Shown: positions 31,213 to 42,586, numbered from the stretch's first letter. The stretch: DNA of 64,000 bases from Deltaproteobacteria bacterium (GCA_021163815.1 JAGGTJ010000025.1:5821-69820), one strand, 5' to 3'. Made by a program: numbers and translations. Notes: generated by a model not told the origin, from the letters alone.

Positions 31213-32622
31213 ATGAATGCAACTATAAATCACGGTACCAGCAAAAAATCCGGTCTTGGCATTTTCTGGAGATTTTTCAGTTCCGTCAAACTGACCATTG
31301 CCCTGCTTGTAATACTTGCTGCTGTATCTGTCATAGGTACGCTGATTCCGCAGAGAGAAGGGGCAATAGATTTTGCTATGGGTATGAATCCCCGACTTTT
31401 TCAGGTATTCATGTCTCTTAACCTGTTCGATATATATCATTCCCTTCTGTTCAGGATTATCCTTGGGTTTCTTGTCATGAACCTTGTTGTCTGTTCCATT
31501 GACAGATTTCCTGTAACATGGAAGCTCTTTTCGTATATACCGTCTCCGGACAAATCCAGAATATTTCAGGATATCCCCACAGAACAGACCTGCATCCTGT
31601 CTGGAAACAGCAAGCACATTCTGAACCGTATTGAAGAGTTTTTACATAAAAGATATGGGAAGGTTTTCTCAAAAAAGGGAGATAAATATTCTTCATTTTT
31701 TGTGCAGACAGGACGGTTTTCCCGTTTTGGTGTTTATATTGTACATTTCAGTATACTTCTTATCCTTGCAGGTGGCCTTGTAGGTTCGTTGTTCGGATTT
31801 GAAGGGTATGTCAACATTGTTGAGAGTGATAAAACTGATAAAATTCATGTAAGGGGGAGCAGGCAGCAGAAAAATCTCGGGTTTGAGATTCGTTGTGACA
31901 GGTTTACGGTTAGTTATTATAAAAGTGGGATGCCAAAGGAGTATAAATCGGAAATTACCTTTATCGTTAATGGTAAGGATGTCAAAAAAGGAACCCTTTT
32001 GGTCAATCATCCGCTACATTTTAGAGGAATTACCTTTTATCAGGCAAGTTATGGTACAATCCCGGGCAAAAAGATTATTCTCAGGGCCGTGATGAACGGT
32101 AAATCCTTCAGCTTCCCTGTTTCGCTGCAAAAGTCTGTTCCGTTGCCGGGCAACGGAGGTGAACTGCTCCTTGAAGATATAAGAGACAATCTTGTAGGCA
32201 TAGGCCCTGCGGTGTTAATATCAATTTTGCCCAGGCATGGAGAGAAGATTTCCATGTGGATATTTAAAAACCCCGCATTGGCAAAATCGCGTCTTCCTGA
32301 ACCCATGCTGAAATCCCCAAAATTTAATCCCTCTGCATTCAGGCCATATACCTTTTTTCTTGAAGGTGTAGACACGGTTTACTATACAGGGCTTCAGGTC
32401 AGTAAGGACCCGGGGGTGCCAATTGTCTGGGCGGGTTGTGTAATCCTTGTAACAGGTCTTTTTATTACCTTCTTTATGTCACACAGGCGCATATGGATAC
32501 GTGCAGAAAATCATAAAAGCGGTGTCAGGGTACGTGTGGCAGGTATGGCAAACAGGGATCCTGTGGGTCTTCGTCGTCATCTGCTTAAACTGACAGATGA
32601 TCTAAGAAAACATGTTTTGTAA
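31213..32622 (+). CDS. resB: Cytochrome c biogenesis protein ResB/CcsB (system II)
   Basis: FFSSVKL, IGTLIPQ, VH.SILLIL.G, VNHPL, YQASY and TGLQV.KDPG motifs. Start uncertain (31141 TTG possible). Confidence 0.92.
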   Translation: MNATINHGTSKKSGLGIFWRFFSSVKLTIALLVILAAVSVIGTLIPQREGAIDFAMGMNPRLFQVFMSLNLFDIYHSLLFRIILGFLVMNLVVCSIDRFPVTWKLFSYIPSPDKSRIFQDIPTEQTCILSGNSKHILNRIEEFLHKRYGKVFSKKGDKYSSFFVQTGRFSRFGVYIVHFSILLILAGGLVGSLFGFEGYVNIVESDKTDKIHVRGSRQQKNLGFEIRCDRFTVSYYKSGMPKEYKSEITFIVNGKDVKKGTLLVNHPLHFRGITFYQASYGTIPGKKIILRAVMNGKSFSFPVSLQKSVPLPGNGGELLLEDIRDNLVGIGPAVLISILPRHGEKISMWIFKNPALAKSRLPEPMLKSPKFNPSAFRPYTFFLEGVDTVYYTGLQVSKDPGVPIVWAGCVILVTGLFITFFMSHRRIWIRAENHKSGVRVRVAGMANRDPVGLRRHLLKLTDDLRKHVL

Positions 32623-32681
32623 CAGACAGGATATGGATGATGATCGTACCTGCACAACTTTAAAAAAAGGATAGCCTTGTT

Positions 32682-33527
32682 ATGACCAGTTCTACAATAC
32701 TAAGCTATGTGACCTTTATATATTTTACCGGTTTTACCCTCTATCTTCTGATGATGGTTATGGGTAAAAAATCCTTTGGAACGGCTGCGACGTTTGTATC
32801 GTTGGCAGGTCTTGTTGCCCATTCTGCGGCCATTGTATTAAGATGGATGGAGTCATACCAGTTGGGTATTGGTCATGCCCCTTTGTCTAATCTCTATGAG
32901 TCTCTGATATTTTTCTCATGGACAGTTACTCTTTTTTATCTTGTTGTGGAGTGGCGGACAAAAAACCGGGTCCTTGGGGCCTTTGTAATGCCTATATCTT
33001 CCCTCGCCTTGGCCTATGCCTCTTTTTCGCCGTCTGTAAACAGCCGGATTCAGCCGCTGGTGCCGGCTCTTAAAAGCAATTGGCTTATTGCCCATGTGAT
33101 AACATGTTTTTTCTCCTATGCTGCTTTTGCATTGTCTTTTGCCCTGAGTATAATCTATCTCATCAAGTTAAAGAACCAAGGTGCGGGCAGGGCAGGTTCC
33201 TTTCTGAATCGAATCCCAGACAGCAGGGTCTTGGATGAGCTTAATTATCAGATAGTTATCATAGGATTTCTTATGTTGACACTGGGGATTATTACAGGCT
33301 CGGTTTGGGCCCATTCTGCATGGGGAACATACTGGGGATGGGACCCAAAGGAGACATGGTCACTTATTACCTGGCTTATTTATGCCTCTGTGATTCATGC
33401 TCGTATTGCAAGAGGCTGGGAGGGTAAACGAATTGCCGTCTTGTGTATTGTAGGTTTTGCATGTGTGATCTTTACATATTTTGGTGTAAACTATCTTGCC
33501 GGGCTTCACAGTTACGCCAAGTCATAA
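32682..33527 (+). CDS. ccsA: Cytochrome c biogenesis protein CcsA/ResC
   Basis: HAPLSNLYES, WWD domain WAHSAWGTYWGWDPKETW, and GLHSY. Confidence 0.95.
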   Translation: MTSSTILSYVTFIYFTGFTLYLLMMVMGKKSFGTAATFVSLAGLVAHSAAIVLRWMESYQLGIGHAPLSNLYESLIFFSWTVTLFYLVVEWRTKNRVLGAFVMPISSLALAYASFSPSVNSRIQPLVPALKSNWLIAHVITCFFSYAAFALSFALSIIYLIKLKNQGAGRAGSFLNRIPDSRVLDELNYQIVIIGFLMLTLGIITGSVWAHSAWGTYWGWDPKETWSLITWLIYASVIHARIARGWEGKRIAVLCIVGFACVIFTYFGVNYLAGLHSYAKS

Positions 33528-33550
33528 ACCTGTCTTTGATAAATTTGCTC

Positions 33551-34480
33551 TCACAGGTTGATTACTGTCCCTTCCATGGCAAAAAAGGTCTTTACTGATC
33601 CATTCTGAGAATTGTTACAATACCGTGTTGCCATATCGTCAATTTGTGCATCGGTTCTTACAGGGTCGTGATGAAACAGGGCTAACTGTTTGACCCCTGC
33701 CTGATTTGCGGCCTTGATGGCATATTCACAGGAGGAATGTCCCCACCCTTTTTTGGAAGACTTGTATTCTTTTTCTGTGTATTGTGCGTCATATATAAGG
33801 AGGTCAGCCCCCTTAAAAAAGTCTGTAAGCCTCAGGTTCTGTTCTTTTGCCACCTCTTCGCCTTCGATGGCCATTTCTTTGTCATATCCCGGGTCATTGG
33901 GGTCGGTAGAAAACACGTTGACAAATGGTTCTGTATCATATGCTGTACACACGGTTTTTCCCTGGTACTGGAAACAGTACCCAAGGCATAAAATCGGATG
34001 GTTGAGATACTTGGTATGGAGCATAATCCCATCCCCAAGATCAAAGGAACCCTCTTTAAGATCAATATATTCTATATCTGCAGCCAATTCTGTCTGCCTG
34101 ACGGGGAAATACCGGTAGGTTAACTGTCCTCCTACTATCCCCTCGAGGGTGTCCTCCTCGAACGTTACAGGTCCATATACCTTGATTTTTGTTCCTGGAA
34201 TGTATGCAGGGGCAAAAAATGGAAAGCCCATTATATGATCCCAGTGGGTATGAGACAGAAATATTTCTATAGTCAGGTCTTTGTCGGGAAGGTCGTTTGC
34301 AAGCATGTAATTGCCCAGTTCCCTTATTCCGGAGCCTGCATCAATAATAATAACTCGTTTTACCTTGTTAAATCTCAGTTCAATGCAGGCAGTATTTCCA
34401 CCATATTTTACTGTGGCGGGACCAGGACATGGAATGGATCCCCTGACACCCCAAAATTTTACCATTATAGAATTTTCCAT
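33551..34480 (-). CDS. MBL-fold metallo-hydrolase (RNase Z/phosphodiesterase-like)
   Basis: FWGVRGSIP, YGGNT, HTHWDH, GWGHS and FHHDP motifs. Confidence 0.88.
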   Translation of the reverse strand: MENSIMVKFWGVRGSIPCPGPATVKYGGNTACIELRFNKVKRVIIIDAGSGIRELGNYMLANDLPDKDLTIEIFLSHTHWDHIMGFPFFAPAYIPGTKIKVYGPVTFEEDTLEGIVGGQLTYRYFPVRQTELAADIEYIDLKEGSFDLGDGIMLHTKYLNHPILCLGYCFQYQGKTVCTAYDTEPFVNVFSTDPNDPGYDKEMAIEGEEVAKEQNLRLTDFFKGADLLIYDAQYTEKEYKSSKKGWGHSSCEYAIKAANQAGVKQLALFHHDPVRTDAQIDDMATRYCNNSQNGSVKTFFAMEGTVINL

Positions 34481-34528
34481 AGCTTTTTGTTTATCGTCGC
34501 CTGTTTTGATGTTTTTTTTGCAGGATCA

Positions 34529-35419
34529 TCAACTTGCTATTTCCAGAAAAATGCTCGCTTTTTCTATCTCTTTTTGCACGATATCGTTAAGCCTACTAAA
34601 AGATTCCTCTGAAAAACCTGCCTTTGCAATCATGTCCTGCATATCGGAGGTGTCCGGATAATCATCTCCGGCTGACCCTATATTAAGAATGTAGGAATAC
34701 ATATTGGCGATACCTACAATCCTTAAGATATCCATGTGTTCTTCTTTGCCTTCCCATATTCTGTGATGATAGGCAAGGACAGATGTCATTGTCTCATCGA
34801 GTTTCCATTTTTCAGCTATCATTTTGCCAACCATCGTGTGATCTGTTTTCATGATTCTTTTTTCCGCAGCCACAAGTGGGATCTCTTCCTCTTTGACCAG
34901 ACTTACTACGGCTGAATAGTCTTTAGCAAAATAATTGTTTAAAGGAACCTTACCTAGGTCATGCAACAAACCTGCCACAAAATACTGATCACGCTGCATG
35001 AATGGAACTTCATTGATTTCTGCCAGCAGCTTAGAGATTACTCCAACGCTCAGGGAATGAAGCCAAAAGGCCTCTGTATCAAGGTTGGGGGTGGTTGCGG
35101 AGGACTTGGTGTGCATGGTCTCCAGAACAGCAGTACTTAATGCCAGATTTTTGACTGTATTCATTCCGAGCATGATGATTGCCCGGGTAAGGGATGTGAT
35201 CTGGTTAGGCAGAGAATAGAAGGCCGAATTTACCAGTTTTAAGACCTTGGCAGTAAGTACAGGATCAAGGGATATTACCCTGTTAAGATCGTTGGGTGAT
35301 GTGTTTGGATTGTTGCATACTTCAGTCACTTTCATGACTGTAGTTGAAAGACTTGGCATGCGATCTATATATTTTTTAATGCGTTTTTCCCTTAATTCAT
35401 CTGTTGTACAAGAATCCAT
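34529..35419 (-). CDS. HDOD domain protein
   Basis: DPVLTAKVLKLVNSAFY, GLLHDLGK, EKWKL and YHH motifs. Confidence 0.92.
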   Translation of the reverse strand: MDSCTTDELREKRIKKYIDRMPSLSTTVMKVTEVCNNPNTSPNDLNRVISLDPVLTAKVLKLVNSAFYSLPNQITSLTRAIIMLGMNTVKNLALSTAVLETMHTKSSATTPNLDTEAFWLHSLSVGVISKLLAEINEVPFMQRDQYFVAGLLHDLGKVPLNNYFAKDYSAVVSLVKEEEIPLVAAEKRIMKTDHTMVGKMIAEKWKLDETMTSVLAYHHRIWEGKEEHMDILRIVGIANMYSYILNIGSAGDDYPDTSDMQDMIAKAGFSEESFSRLNDIVQKEIEKASIFLEIAS

Positions 35420-35500
35420 TTTATTCTCTTTTCATACCTTATGCATAAACTGTTTTCAAAAAGGAAATTATGCTTTTAATATCAGCGAATTATAGAAATG

Positions 35501-38500
35501 TTATGCCTGTTCAGAAAACCTTATGTCTTTACCCGCAACCTGTTCCATTTCCTTTATAAGACGGTCGCACGGTGACACGTTGAAATGATTTCCGGCCCTT
35601 ATGGAGACATATCCGCCATCAGACAGCCTGACCATAAAGATCAATCTGCTGTCTCCGGGGAATCTGAAAACGATGTCCTGCAGTTTTTCCAGCATGTCTT
35701 TGGAAATGTCTGCCTCATCAAGCAGCAATTCAACGGATGTGATACTTTTTTGTTTGGCATGTTCCAGTGTGATAACCTTCTGGCCTATAACCTTGAATGT
35801 CTTGGCGTCATCAGTATGTTCAACAGTCCCTGTAACAAGTATTGGCTCTTCACTGCTCAACAGATGGGCAAACTGATTGAAGGTATCCGGAAAAAATATT
35901 ACCTCTACTGAACCGGTCATATCTTCCAGAGATATGATCCCCATTCTGTCTCCCCGTTTTGTCCGTTTCAGTGTAAGTTTGCCTACAATTCCGGCAAGCC
36001 TTACTATAGTTTTATCGGGTATTCCTGGAAGATCCTGAATGGTACAGGAAACAAATTTTTCAATTTCCTTGCCAAATTTTAACAGGGGGTGCCCTGTAAT
36101 ATAAAAACCTAATGCATCTTTTTCCCTCCTGAGCTTTTCCTGCTCGTCCCATTCCTCTGTTTCAGGCAGATCAAACAGCTCGTTTCCAGTACCATCTGAA
36201 AGGCCGAAGGTATCAAACATGCTAAGCTGGTTAGGGTTATGGTTTGCTCCGCAAAACCGTATGATATCGTCAAGGGCAGCAAAAAGTCTGGATCTGTGTA
36301 TACCTGTAAAATCCATGGCGCCACACTGTATCAATCCCTCAAGCACCCTTTTGTTCACCTTGGAGGATCCAAGGCGGTTGCAAAAATCAAAAAGATTTTT
36401 AAACGGGCCGGATCTGTTTCTTTCTTCAATAATCAGTTCAACGGCCTTAATCCCGACGTTTTTGATTGCTGCCAGGCCAAAGCGTATCTTTCCTTCAACC
36501 ACGGTAAAATCGGCCTGGCTTTCGTTAATGTCAGGGGGCAGTATTTCTATGCCCATTTCACGGCATTCAGCAATGTTTTTTATGGTCTTGTCCTGATTGC
36601 CCATGTCCTGGGTCATAAGTGCAGCCATGTACTGAACAGGATAATGGGCCTTCAGGTAGGCAGTTTGGTATGCAATCATGGCATAGGCTGCGGAATGGGA
36701 CTTGTTAAAACCATAGCCGCCAAATTTTTCAATCAAGGTAAAGAGTTCATCTGCCTTTTTACGGGCAATGCCATTTTTTTCTGCACCTGAGACAAATCTT
36801 TCTCTGTGCCTTGCCATTACCTCAGGTTTCTTTTTACCCATGGCCTTTCGCAGTTCATCTGCCTCTCCCATGGAGTAGTTGGCAAGTATCTGCGATATTT
36901 TCATAACCTGTTCCTGATACAGTATAACGCCATAGGTTTCTTTCAGGACTGGTTCAAGTTGAGGGAAAAAATAATTTATCCTTGTTTTGCCGTGTTTCCC
37001 CTTTATAAAGTCATCCACCATGTTGCTGCCAAGGGGCCCTGGCCTGTATAGGGCAACCATACCTATAATATCCTTGAAGGTCTCTGGTGCAAGTCTCCGC
37101 AGATAATCTTTCATTCCCGCACTTTCCAGTTGAAACACCCCTGTTGTTTTTCCGTCTCCGCACAAAAGGTAGGTGGCCTCATCATCAAGCGGAATCCGGT
37201 TTATGTCTATTGTTACTCCAGTGCTCTGTTCTATCAGGTCAAGGGCATGTTTTATCACTGTCATGGTCTTTAAACCAAGAAAATCAAATTTAATAAGACC
37301 AAGCTGCTCAATCCTGTCCATGGTAAACTGGGTCATTATTTCACCATGGCTGCCTTTAAACAGAGGAAGATACTCTACAAGGGGCCTGTCTGATATTACT
37401 ACTCCAGAGGCATGGGTGGATGCGTGCCTTGTTATGCCTTCAAGTTTCCGGGAAATCTTCAGCAGTTTTTTTACGGATTCATCTTTTTCCTCGAGCTTTT
37501 TTAATTCCTCTTCGTTTCTTATGGCATCTTCAAGTTTTACCCCCGGCCCTTCCGGTATCATCTTGGCAATACGATCCACCTTTTTAAGGGGAATGTTGAG
37601 GGCGCGTCCCACATCTCTTATGACACCTCTTGCCTTCATGCTTCCAAAGGTAATTATCTGCCCTACATTATTGTGACCATATTTGTCCGCGACATATCTG
37701 ATAACATCTTCCCTGCCGTTTATACAAAAATCAATATCAATATCAGGCATGGAAATACGCTGAGGGTTGAGAAATCTTTCAAAAAGGAGTCCATACTCTA
37801 TGGGATCGATATTGGTAATATTCAGGCAGAATGCTACCAGGGATCCTGCCGCTGATCCCCTGCCCGGACCCACAGGAATGTTATGATCTTTTGCATATCC
37901 GATGAAATCTGCAACAATGAGAAAATAACCGGCAAAGCCCATATCGTGCAGGGTTTTCAGTTCGAAATCCAATCTTTCCCTGTATTTTTTAACAAGTTCT
38001 TCCGGCAGGTCTCCTCTTTTTTCCTTTAATTCTGCCAATCGTACTTCAAGCCCCGCGTTTGCCTTATCGGTAAGAATCTCCTCAAGACTTTTTGAGCCTT
38101 CAACATGGAATTTTGGATACTTGTATTTACCAAATTCCATGTTATAGTTACACATATCGGCCACCATTGTGGTATTTTTTATGGCATCCTCATACCCTGG
38201 CATGGCAGCCATCATTTCCTCGTAACTTTTGAAATAGAATTCATCAGATGGAAACCTGAGCCTCTTTACATCATCTATGGTTTTGCCTGTCTGAATACAC
38301 AGAAGGACATCATGGGCCTCTGAATCCTCCCTGTTTAAGTAGTGGCAGTCATTTGTTGCAACAAGCGGGATAGAGAGTTCTTCTGATATCTCCCTGAGGC
38401 CTCTGTTGACCATGACCTGCTCAGGCATTTTATTTGCCTGAACCTCCAAAAAGAAACGGTCTTTAAATGTGACGGCCATCTCCTGTGCAATCTTTTTGGC

Positions 38501-38980
38501 CTCATCTGTTTTTCCCCTCTTTATGTGGTAGGGGATAATTCCCTGCAGGCATGCAGACATGGCGACAAGACCCCTGTTATACCTTTTCAGCAATTCCATG
38601 TCTACGCGGGGATGATAGTAAAAACCTTCGATATAACCAAGTGTTACAAGCCTGCTGAGGTTTTTGTATCCCTCCTTATTCATAACCAGCAACACGAGAT
38701 GATAGGCGTTGACCTTTCCTTTACCGGTCTGTGTCCTGTCCCTTCTGTCATGAGGAGCTACATATACCTCGGACCCGACAATGGGCTTGATCCCTGCGCC
38801 CTGTGCCATATCGCATAACTCAACTGCGCCAAACATGTTGCCATGGTCAGTAATAGCTACTGCATCCATACCAAGCTGGTTTGCCTTGTCCAGCATGGAG
38901 CCTATGCGTATGGTGCCGTCAAGAAGGCTGTATTCCGTATGCACATGAAGATGAACAAAAGGGGATTTTTGGTAAGACAT
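35501..38980 (-). CDS. dnaE: DNA polymerase III alpha subunit
   Basis: HLHVHTEYSLLDG, GPGRGSAAGS, MPDIDIDF and YGFNKSHS motifs; no intein seen. Confidence 0.98.
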   Translation of the reverse strand: MSYQKSPFVHLHVHTEYSLLDGTIRIGSMLDKANQLGMDAVAITDHGNMFGAVELCDMAQGAGIKPIVGSEVYVAPHDRRDRTQTGKGKVNAYHLVLLVMNKEGYKNLSRLVTLGYIEGFYYHPRVDMELLKRYNRGLVAMSACLQGIIPYHIKRGKTDEAKKIAQEMAVTFKDRFFLEVQANKMPEQVMVNRGLREISEELSIPLVATNDCHYLNREDSEAHDVLLCIQTGKTIDDVKRLRFPSDEFYFKSYEEMMAAMPGYEDAIKNTTMVADMCNYNMEFGKYKYPKFHVEGSKSLEEILTDKANAGLEVRLAELKEKRGDLPEELVKKYRERLDFELKTLHDMGFAGYFLIVADFIGYAKDHNIPVGPGRGSAAGSLVAFCLNITNIDPIEYGLLFERFLNPQRISMPDIDIDFCINGREDVIRYVADKYGHNNVGQIITFGSMKARGVIRDVGRALNIPLKKVDRIAKMIPEGPGVKLEDAIRNEEELKKLEEKDESVKKLLKISRKLEGITRHASTHASGVVISDRPLVEYLPLFKGSHGEIMTQFTMDRIEQLGLIKFDFLGLKTMTVIKHALDLIEQSTGVTIDINRIPLDDEATYLLCGDGKTTGVFQLESAGMKDYLRRLAPETFKDIIGMVALYRPGPLGSNMVDDFIKGKHGKTRINYFFPQLEPVLKETYGVILYQEQVMKISQILANYSMGEADELRKAMGKKKPEVMARHRERFVSGAEKNGIARKKADELFTLIEKFGGYGFNKSHSAAYAMIAYQTAYLKAHYPVQYMAALMTQDMGNQDKTIKNIAECREMGIEILPPDINESQADFTVVEGKIRFGLAAIKNVGIKAVELIIEERNRSGPFKNLFDFCNRLGSSKVNKRVLEGLIQCGAMDFTGIHRSRLFAALDDIIRFCGANHNPNQLSMFDTFGLSDGTGNELFDLPETEEWDEQEKLRREKDALGFYITGHPLLKFGKEIEKFVSCTIQDLPGIPDKTIVRLAGIVGKLTLKRTKRGDRMGIISLEDMTGSVEVIFFPDTFNQFAHLLSSEEPILVTGTVEHTDDAKTFKVIGQKVITLEHAKQKSITSVELLLDEADISKDMLEKLQDIVFRFPGDSRLIFMVRLSDGGYVSIRAGNHFNVSPCDRLIKEMEQVAGKDIRFSEQA

Positions 38981-39278
38981 AGGTGTTGGTATCCTTTAAT
39001 ATCCTTGCGATCTGCAGACAGTTAAAATAGAATAAACATATTCAGGTGCCATCAAACCTGTGATTGCCCGAAATTGAATCTTGACTGGGTACTATCTATA
39101 TCATTTCATGTGAACAGAGTGCAACATTGAGTTTGTTAACCGGTTTTCAGTCATAGTGGGGTTAAATCCTCGAAGTATTCAAGGTCCTTCTGCGATTAAA
39201 CTTTTTGCATACCTTGATCTTGTACAAAATTGCTGTTGTTGAACAGTCTATGAAATTATCAAATATATCAGGTTGCAT

Positions 39279-40550
39279 ATGAAGACAGTTCGTAAAAAGA
39301 TACAGATTCCTCTATCGGAAAGGATGAGACCCAGAAAGTTTGAAGACATGGTGGGTCAGGATCATATCATAGGCCCGGGATGTCTGCTTTCAAATGCTAT
39401 CCGGACAGGGCATCTTTTTTCGGTTATACTATGGGGGCCTCCCGGTTCAGGCAAGACCACTCTGGCGAGGCTCATAGGGGAATATACCCGGCTGCCCTTT
39501 ACCGTGTTTTCAGCAGTAAATTCCGGGGTAAAAGATCTGAAAGGGGTGATAAAAGAGGCCAGGACCATCAGGGATTTGTCAGGAGAGCCCACTATCCTGT
39601 TTGTAGATGAAATACACCGTTTTAACAAGGCTCAACAGGATGCCTTTCTGCCTTACATTGAAAGCGGTCTTATTATTCTGATAGGGGCAACCACACAAAA
39701 TCCATCCTTTGAGATCATATCACCCCTTCTGTCAAGGGCAAGGGTAATGTTACTGAATCCATTGTCTCAGGATAATATCAAGACCATTATTTTAAGGGCC
39801 ATAAGGGATGTAAATAATGGCCTTGGTAGCATGGGTGTTGAAATAACACCGGAGGCGCTTGAATATCTGGCAAGTATCTCACAGGGAGATGCCCGTACTG
39901 CCTTGAACAATCTTGAGGCATCTGCCTATTATGCCAGGCATGTAAGGTCTGACAGGTCTGGACATATTGACCTTGTTACTGTTAAAAGGGCCATAAACAG
40001 AAAGGCCCTTACCTATGATAAGGATGGAGAGGAACATTATAACCTTATATCAGCCTTTCACAAGAGCCTGAGAGGGAGTGATACCCAGGCGTCTGTATAC
40101 TGGCTTTACAGGATGCTTATGGCAGGGGAGGATCCTCTGTTCGTTGCCCGACGAATGATAAGATTTGCCTCTGAAGATGTGGGAATGGCTGATCCCAATG
40201 CCCTTACCGTAGCCCTATCTGCATTTGAGGCATGGCAAAAGGTAGGGCCACCAGAGGCGGAGATAGCCCTTGCCCAGGCCGCTGTATATCTGTCATCTGC
40301 TCCAAAAAGCAATGCCCTTTATATGGCGGAAAAGGCTGTAAAGAAAGAAATCAAACAATCGGGGGCACTCCCTGTCCCTTTGCATTTAAGGAATGCCCCT
40401 ACCAGGTTGATGAAAGAGACAGGATACGGCAAGGGATATCTTTATCCTCACAATTATCCCGGAGCTAAGGTGAAACAGACTTATCTGCCGGATACTATAA
40501 AGGACAGGGTTTTTTATGTACCTACGGACAGGGATAAGATAAACAGATAA
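39279..40550 (+). CDS. rarA: Replication-associated recombination protein A
   Basis: PLSERMRP, GPPGSGKTT, DEIHRFNKAQQD, KSLRGSD and HLRNAPT motifs. Confidence 0.95.
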   Translation: MKTVRKKIQIPLSERMRPRKFEDMVGQDHIIGPGCLLSNAIRTGHLFSVILWGPPGSGKTTLARLIGEYTRLPFTVFSAVNSGVKDLKGVIKEARTIRDLSGEPTILFVDEIHRFNKAQQDAFLPYIESGLIILIGATTQNPSFEIISPLLSRARVMLLNPLSQDNIKTIILRAIRDVNNGLGSMGVEITPEALEYLASISQGDARTALNNLEASAYYARHVRSDRSGHIDLVTVKRAINRKALTYDKDGEEHYNLISAFHKSLRGSDTQASVYWLYRMLMAGEDPLFVARRMIRFASEDVGMADPNALTVALSAFEAWQKVGPPEAEIALAQAAVYLSSAPKSNALYMAEKAVKKEIKQSGALPVPLHLRNAPTRLMKETGYGKGYLYPHNYPGAKVKQTYLPDTIKDRVFYVPTDRDKINR

Positions 40551-40647
40551 TGTTTGTATGGACATTTGGGGTTATAAAAAATGTTATAGCTTCAATGCAC
40601 GGTTCAGTTGTTGCTCTCGTTAAAAATGCCTCATATAAGTTCAGGAT

Positions 40648-42465
40648 ATGAATCATAATATATTAAACAGACTGTACAATTCAGAGACTATCAAACAGAA
40701 AACTGATCTTTTTACCGTGGCTGGGAAGTGGTTCTTTTATTACATCCTGATCGGGCTTATTGCAGGGTTGGGGTCTGTGATATTCCATTACCTGTGTCAG
40801 GTTGGATTTCATTTCTTTATGGATATGCTGGCGGGGTACAGACCACCGGCTCCTGCAGGTGAAGCGCATCTTTTTCATCCATCAAACACCCCCCTTAACC
40901 GCTGGATGCTTTTGTTTATGCCCGCATTTGGAGGGATACTAAGCGGTTGGATTGTCTATACCTTTGCACCAGAGGCAGAGGGGCACGGAACAGATGCGGT
41001 TATTGATGCATACCATGAAAGGGGAGGTTTTATAAGGGGCAGGATACCCTTTGTAAAAACGCTCGCATCGGTATTAACCCTTACTACCGGTGGTTCTGGC
41101 GGCCGCGAAGGGCCAATAGCCCAGATTGGAGCGGGCTTTGGGTCGTTTTTTGCGACCAAGTTAGGGCTTTCAGAGCGTGAGAGGCGTATTATGCTTGCAG
41201 CAGGTATGGGTGCAGGTATTGGAAGCATTTTTCGTGCACCTCTGGCAGGCGCCCTGTTTGCGGCAGAGGTCTTGTATCGTGACCCTGAATTTGAGTCAGA
41301 GGTAATTATACCTGCGGGCATATCGTCTGTTGTGGCCTATTGTGTCTTTTGTCTCGTGTTCGGTTGGGGATCACTGTTTAGGTCAGGCGATTTCATGTTT
41401 GACAATCCTCTTGAGCTTGGACCCTATACCATTCTTGCCTTTGTCCTCGTAGGAGGAGGTTTTTTCTATATCAAATCTTTTTATGGTGTTAACAGGATAT
41501 TTAAATCCATAAACATCCCTAACCATATAAAACCAGCCATCGGAGGTTTGTTGACAGGGACAATAGGCTTTTTTCTTCCTCAGGCGCTCGCTTTTGGCTA
41601 TGGATATGCCGAGATGGCGCTACATAACCAGCTTCCTACCATCCTTCTTGTTGGCATAGCATTTGGAAAGATCCTTACCACCTCTTTTTCTATTGGTTCC
41701 GGGGGCAGTGGCGGGGTATTCGGTCCGTCTATTGTAATAGGAGGCGCATTGGGTGGGGCCGTAGGGAGGATGTTTCACCATATTATTCCAAACATTGTAA
41801 CTCAGCCGGGCGCCTTTGTAGTGGTTGGAATGGCAGGTTTTTTTGCCTCCGTCTCCAATGCCCCTATTTCTACAATAATATTTGTCAGCGAAATGACAAA
41901 CTCTTACCATCTCCTGCTTCCCAGTCTTTTGGTATGTTCCCTTGCATATGTTTTATCAAGACCGTGGACCATATATATAAGACAGGTCCCCTCAAAGATC
42001 AATTCTCCGGCCCACAGGGGGGATTTTTTTCTTGATATTCTTGCCGGGATAAAGGTCAGGGAGTTATTGCCAAAACTGAGAAAGGTTCAGTTGGTGCCTG
42101 AAGATATGCCGTTTGACAATTTCAAGAATCTGTTCAGTACGAGCAGACAGCATTACTTTCCTGTTGTTGACAAAAATAACAGATTGACCGGGATATTTTC
42201 CATCAATGATGTAAGAAGTGTCCTTTTTGATGAAGAGATCAACAGGGTAATCATTATGAAGGATATCGCTAACAGGGATATAATCTTCACGACGCCGTCA
42301 GAGGATCTCAATGAGGTTATGAAAAAATTTACGGTGCGCAATCTGCAAAGGATTCCGGTTGTTAAGGATGATGATCATTCAGCCCTTCTCGGCATGCTGG
42401 ATCGCAGGGAAGTGATAGAATTCTATAATCAGCGTTTAAGGGAGATACAATCTCAAAAAAAGTAA
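40648..42465 (+). CDS. ClC family chloride channel/antiporter with CBS pair
   Basis: GHGTD, GREGP and GGVFGP motifs; C-terminal CBS domains. Confidence 0.92.
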   Translation: MNHNILNRLYNSETIKQKTDLFTVAGKWFFYYILIGLIAGLGSVIFHYLCQVGFHFFMDMLAGYRPPAPAGEAHLFHPSNTPLNRWMLLFMPAFGGILSGWIVYTFAPEAEGHGTDAVIDAYHERGGFIRGRIPFVKTLASVLTLTTGGSGGREGPIAQIGAGFGSFFATKLGLSERERRIMLAAGMGAGIGSIFRAPLAGALFAAEVLYRDPEFESEVIIPAGISSVVAYCVFCLVFGWGSLFRSGDFMFDNPLELGPYTILAFVLVGGGFFYIKSFYGVNRIFKSINIPNHIKPAIGGLLTGTIGFFLPQALAFGYGYAEMALHNQLPTILLVGIAFGKILTTSFSIGSGGSGGVFGPSIVIGGALGGAVGRMFHHIIPNIVTQPGAFVVVGMAGFFASVSNAPISTIIFVSEMTNSYHLLLPSLLVCSLAYVLSRPWTIYIRQVPSKINSPAHRGDFFLDILAGIKVRELLPKLRKVQLVPEDMPFDNFKNLFSTSRQHYFPVVDKNNRLTGIFSINDVRSVLFDEEINRVIIMKDIANRDIIFTTPSEDLNEVMKKFTVRNLQRIPVVKDDDHSALLGMLDRREVIEFYNQRLREIQSQKK

Positions 42466-42491
42466 ACATCTTCACGGAACAATATGTATTA

Positions 42492-42586
42492 GCCGTAAAG
42501 ACACACAAAACCGTGCTGAAAACCAGGCTTGTTTTTTTATATCCGTGGGTGGCCAGGATATTTTGGATCCGGCCATGCCGGTTTAG
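42492..42586 (+). repeat. Repeat family B copy
   Basis: Full B motif ending in GGATCCGGCCATGCCGGTTTAG. Confidence 0.88.

Noticed and set aside
35501..38980. Intein in DnaE
   Set aside because: Length (1159 aa) is normal and no C...HN splice motifs interrupt conserved blocks.
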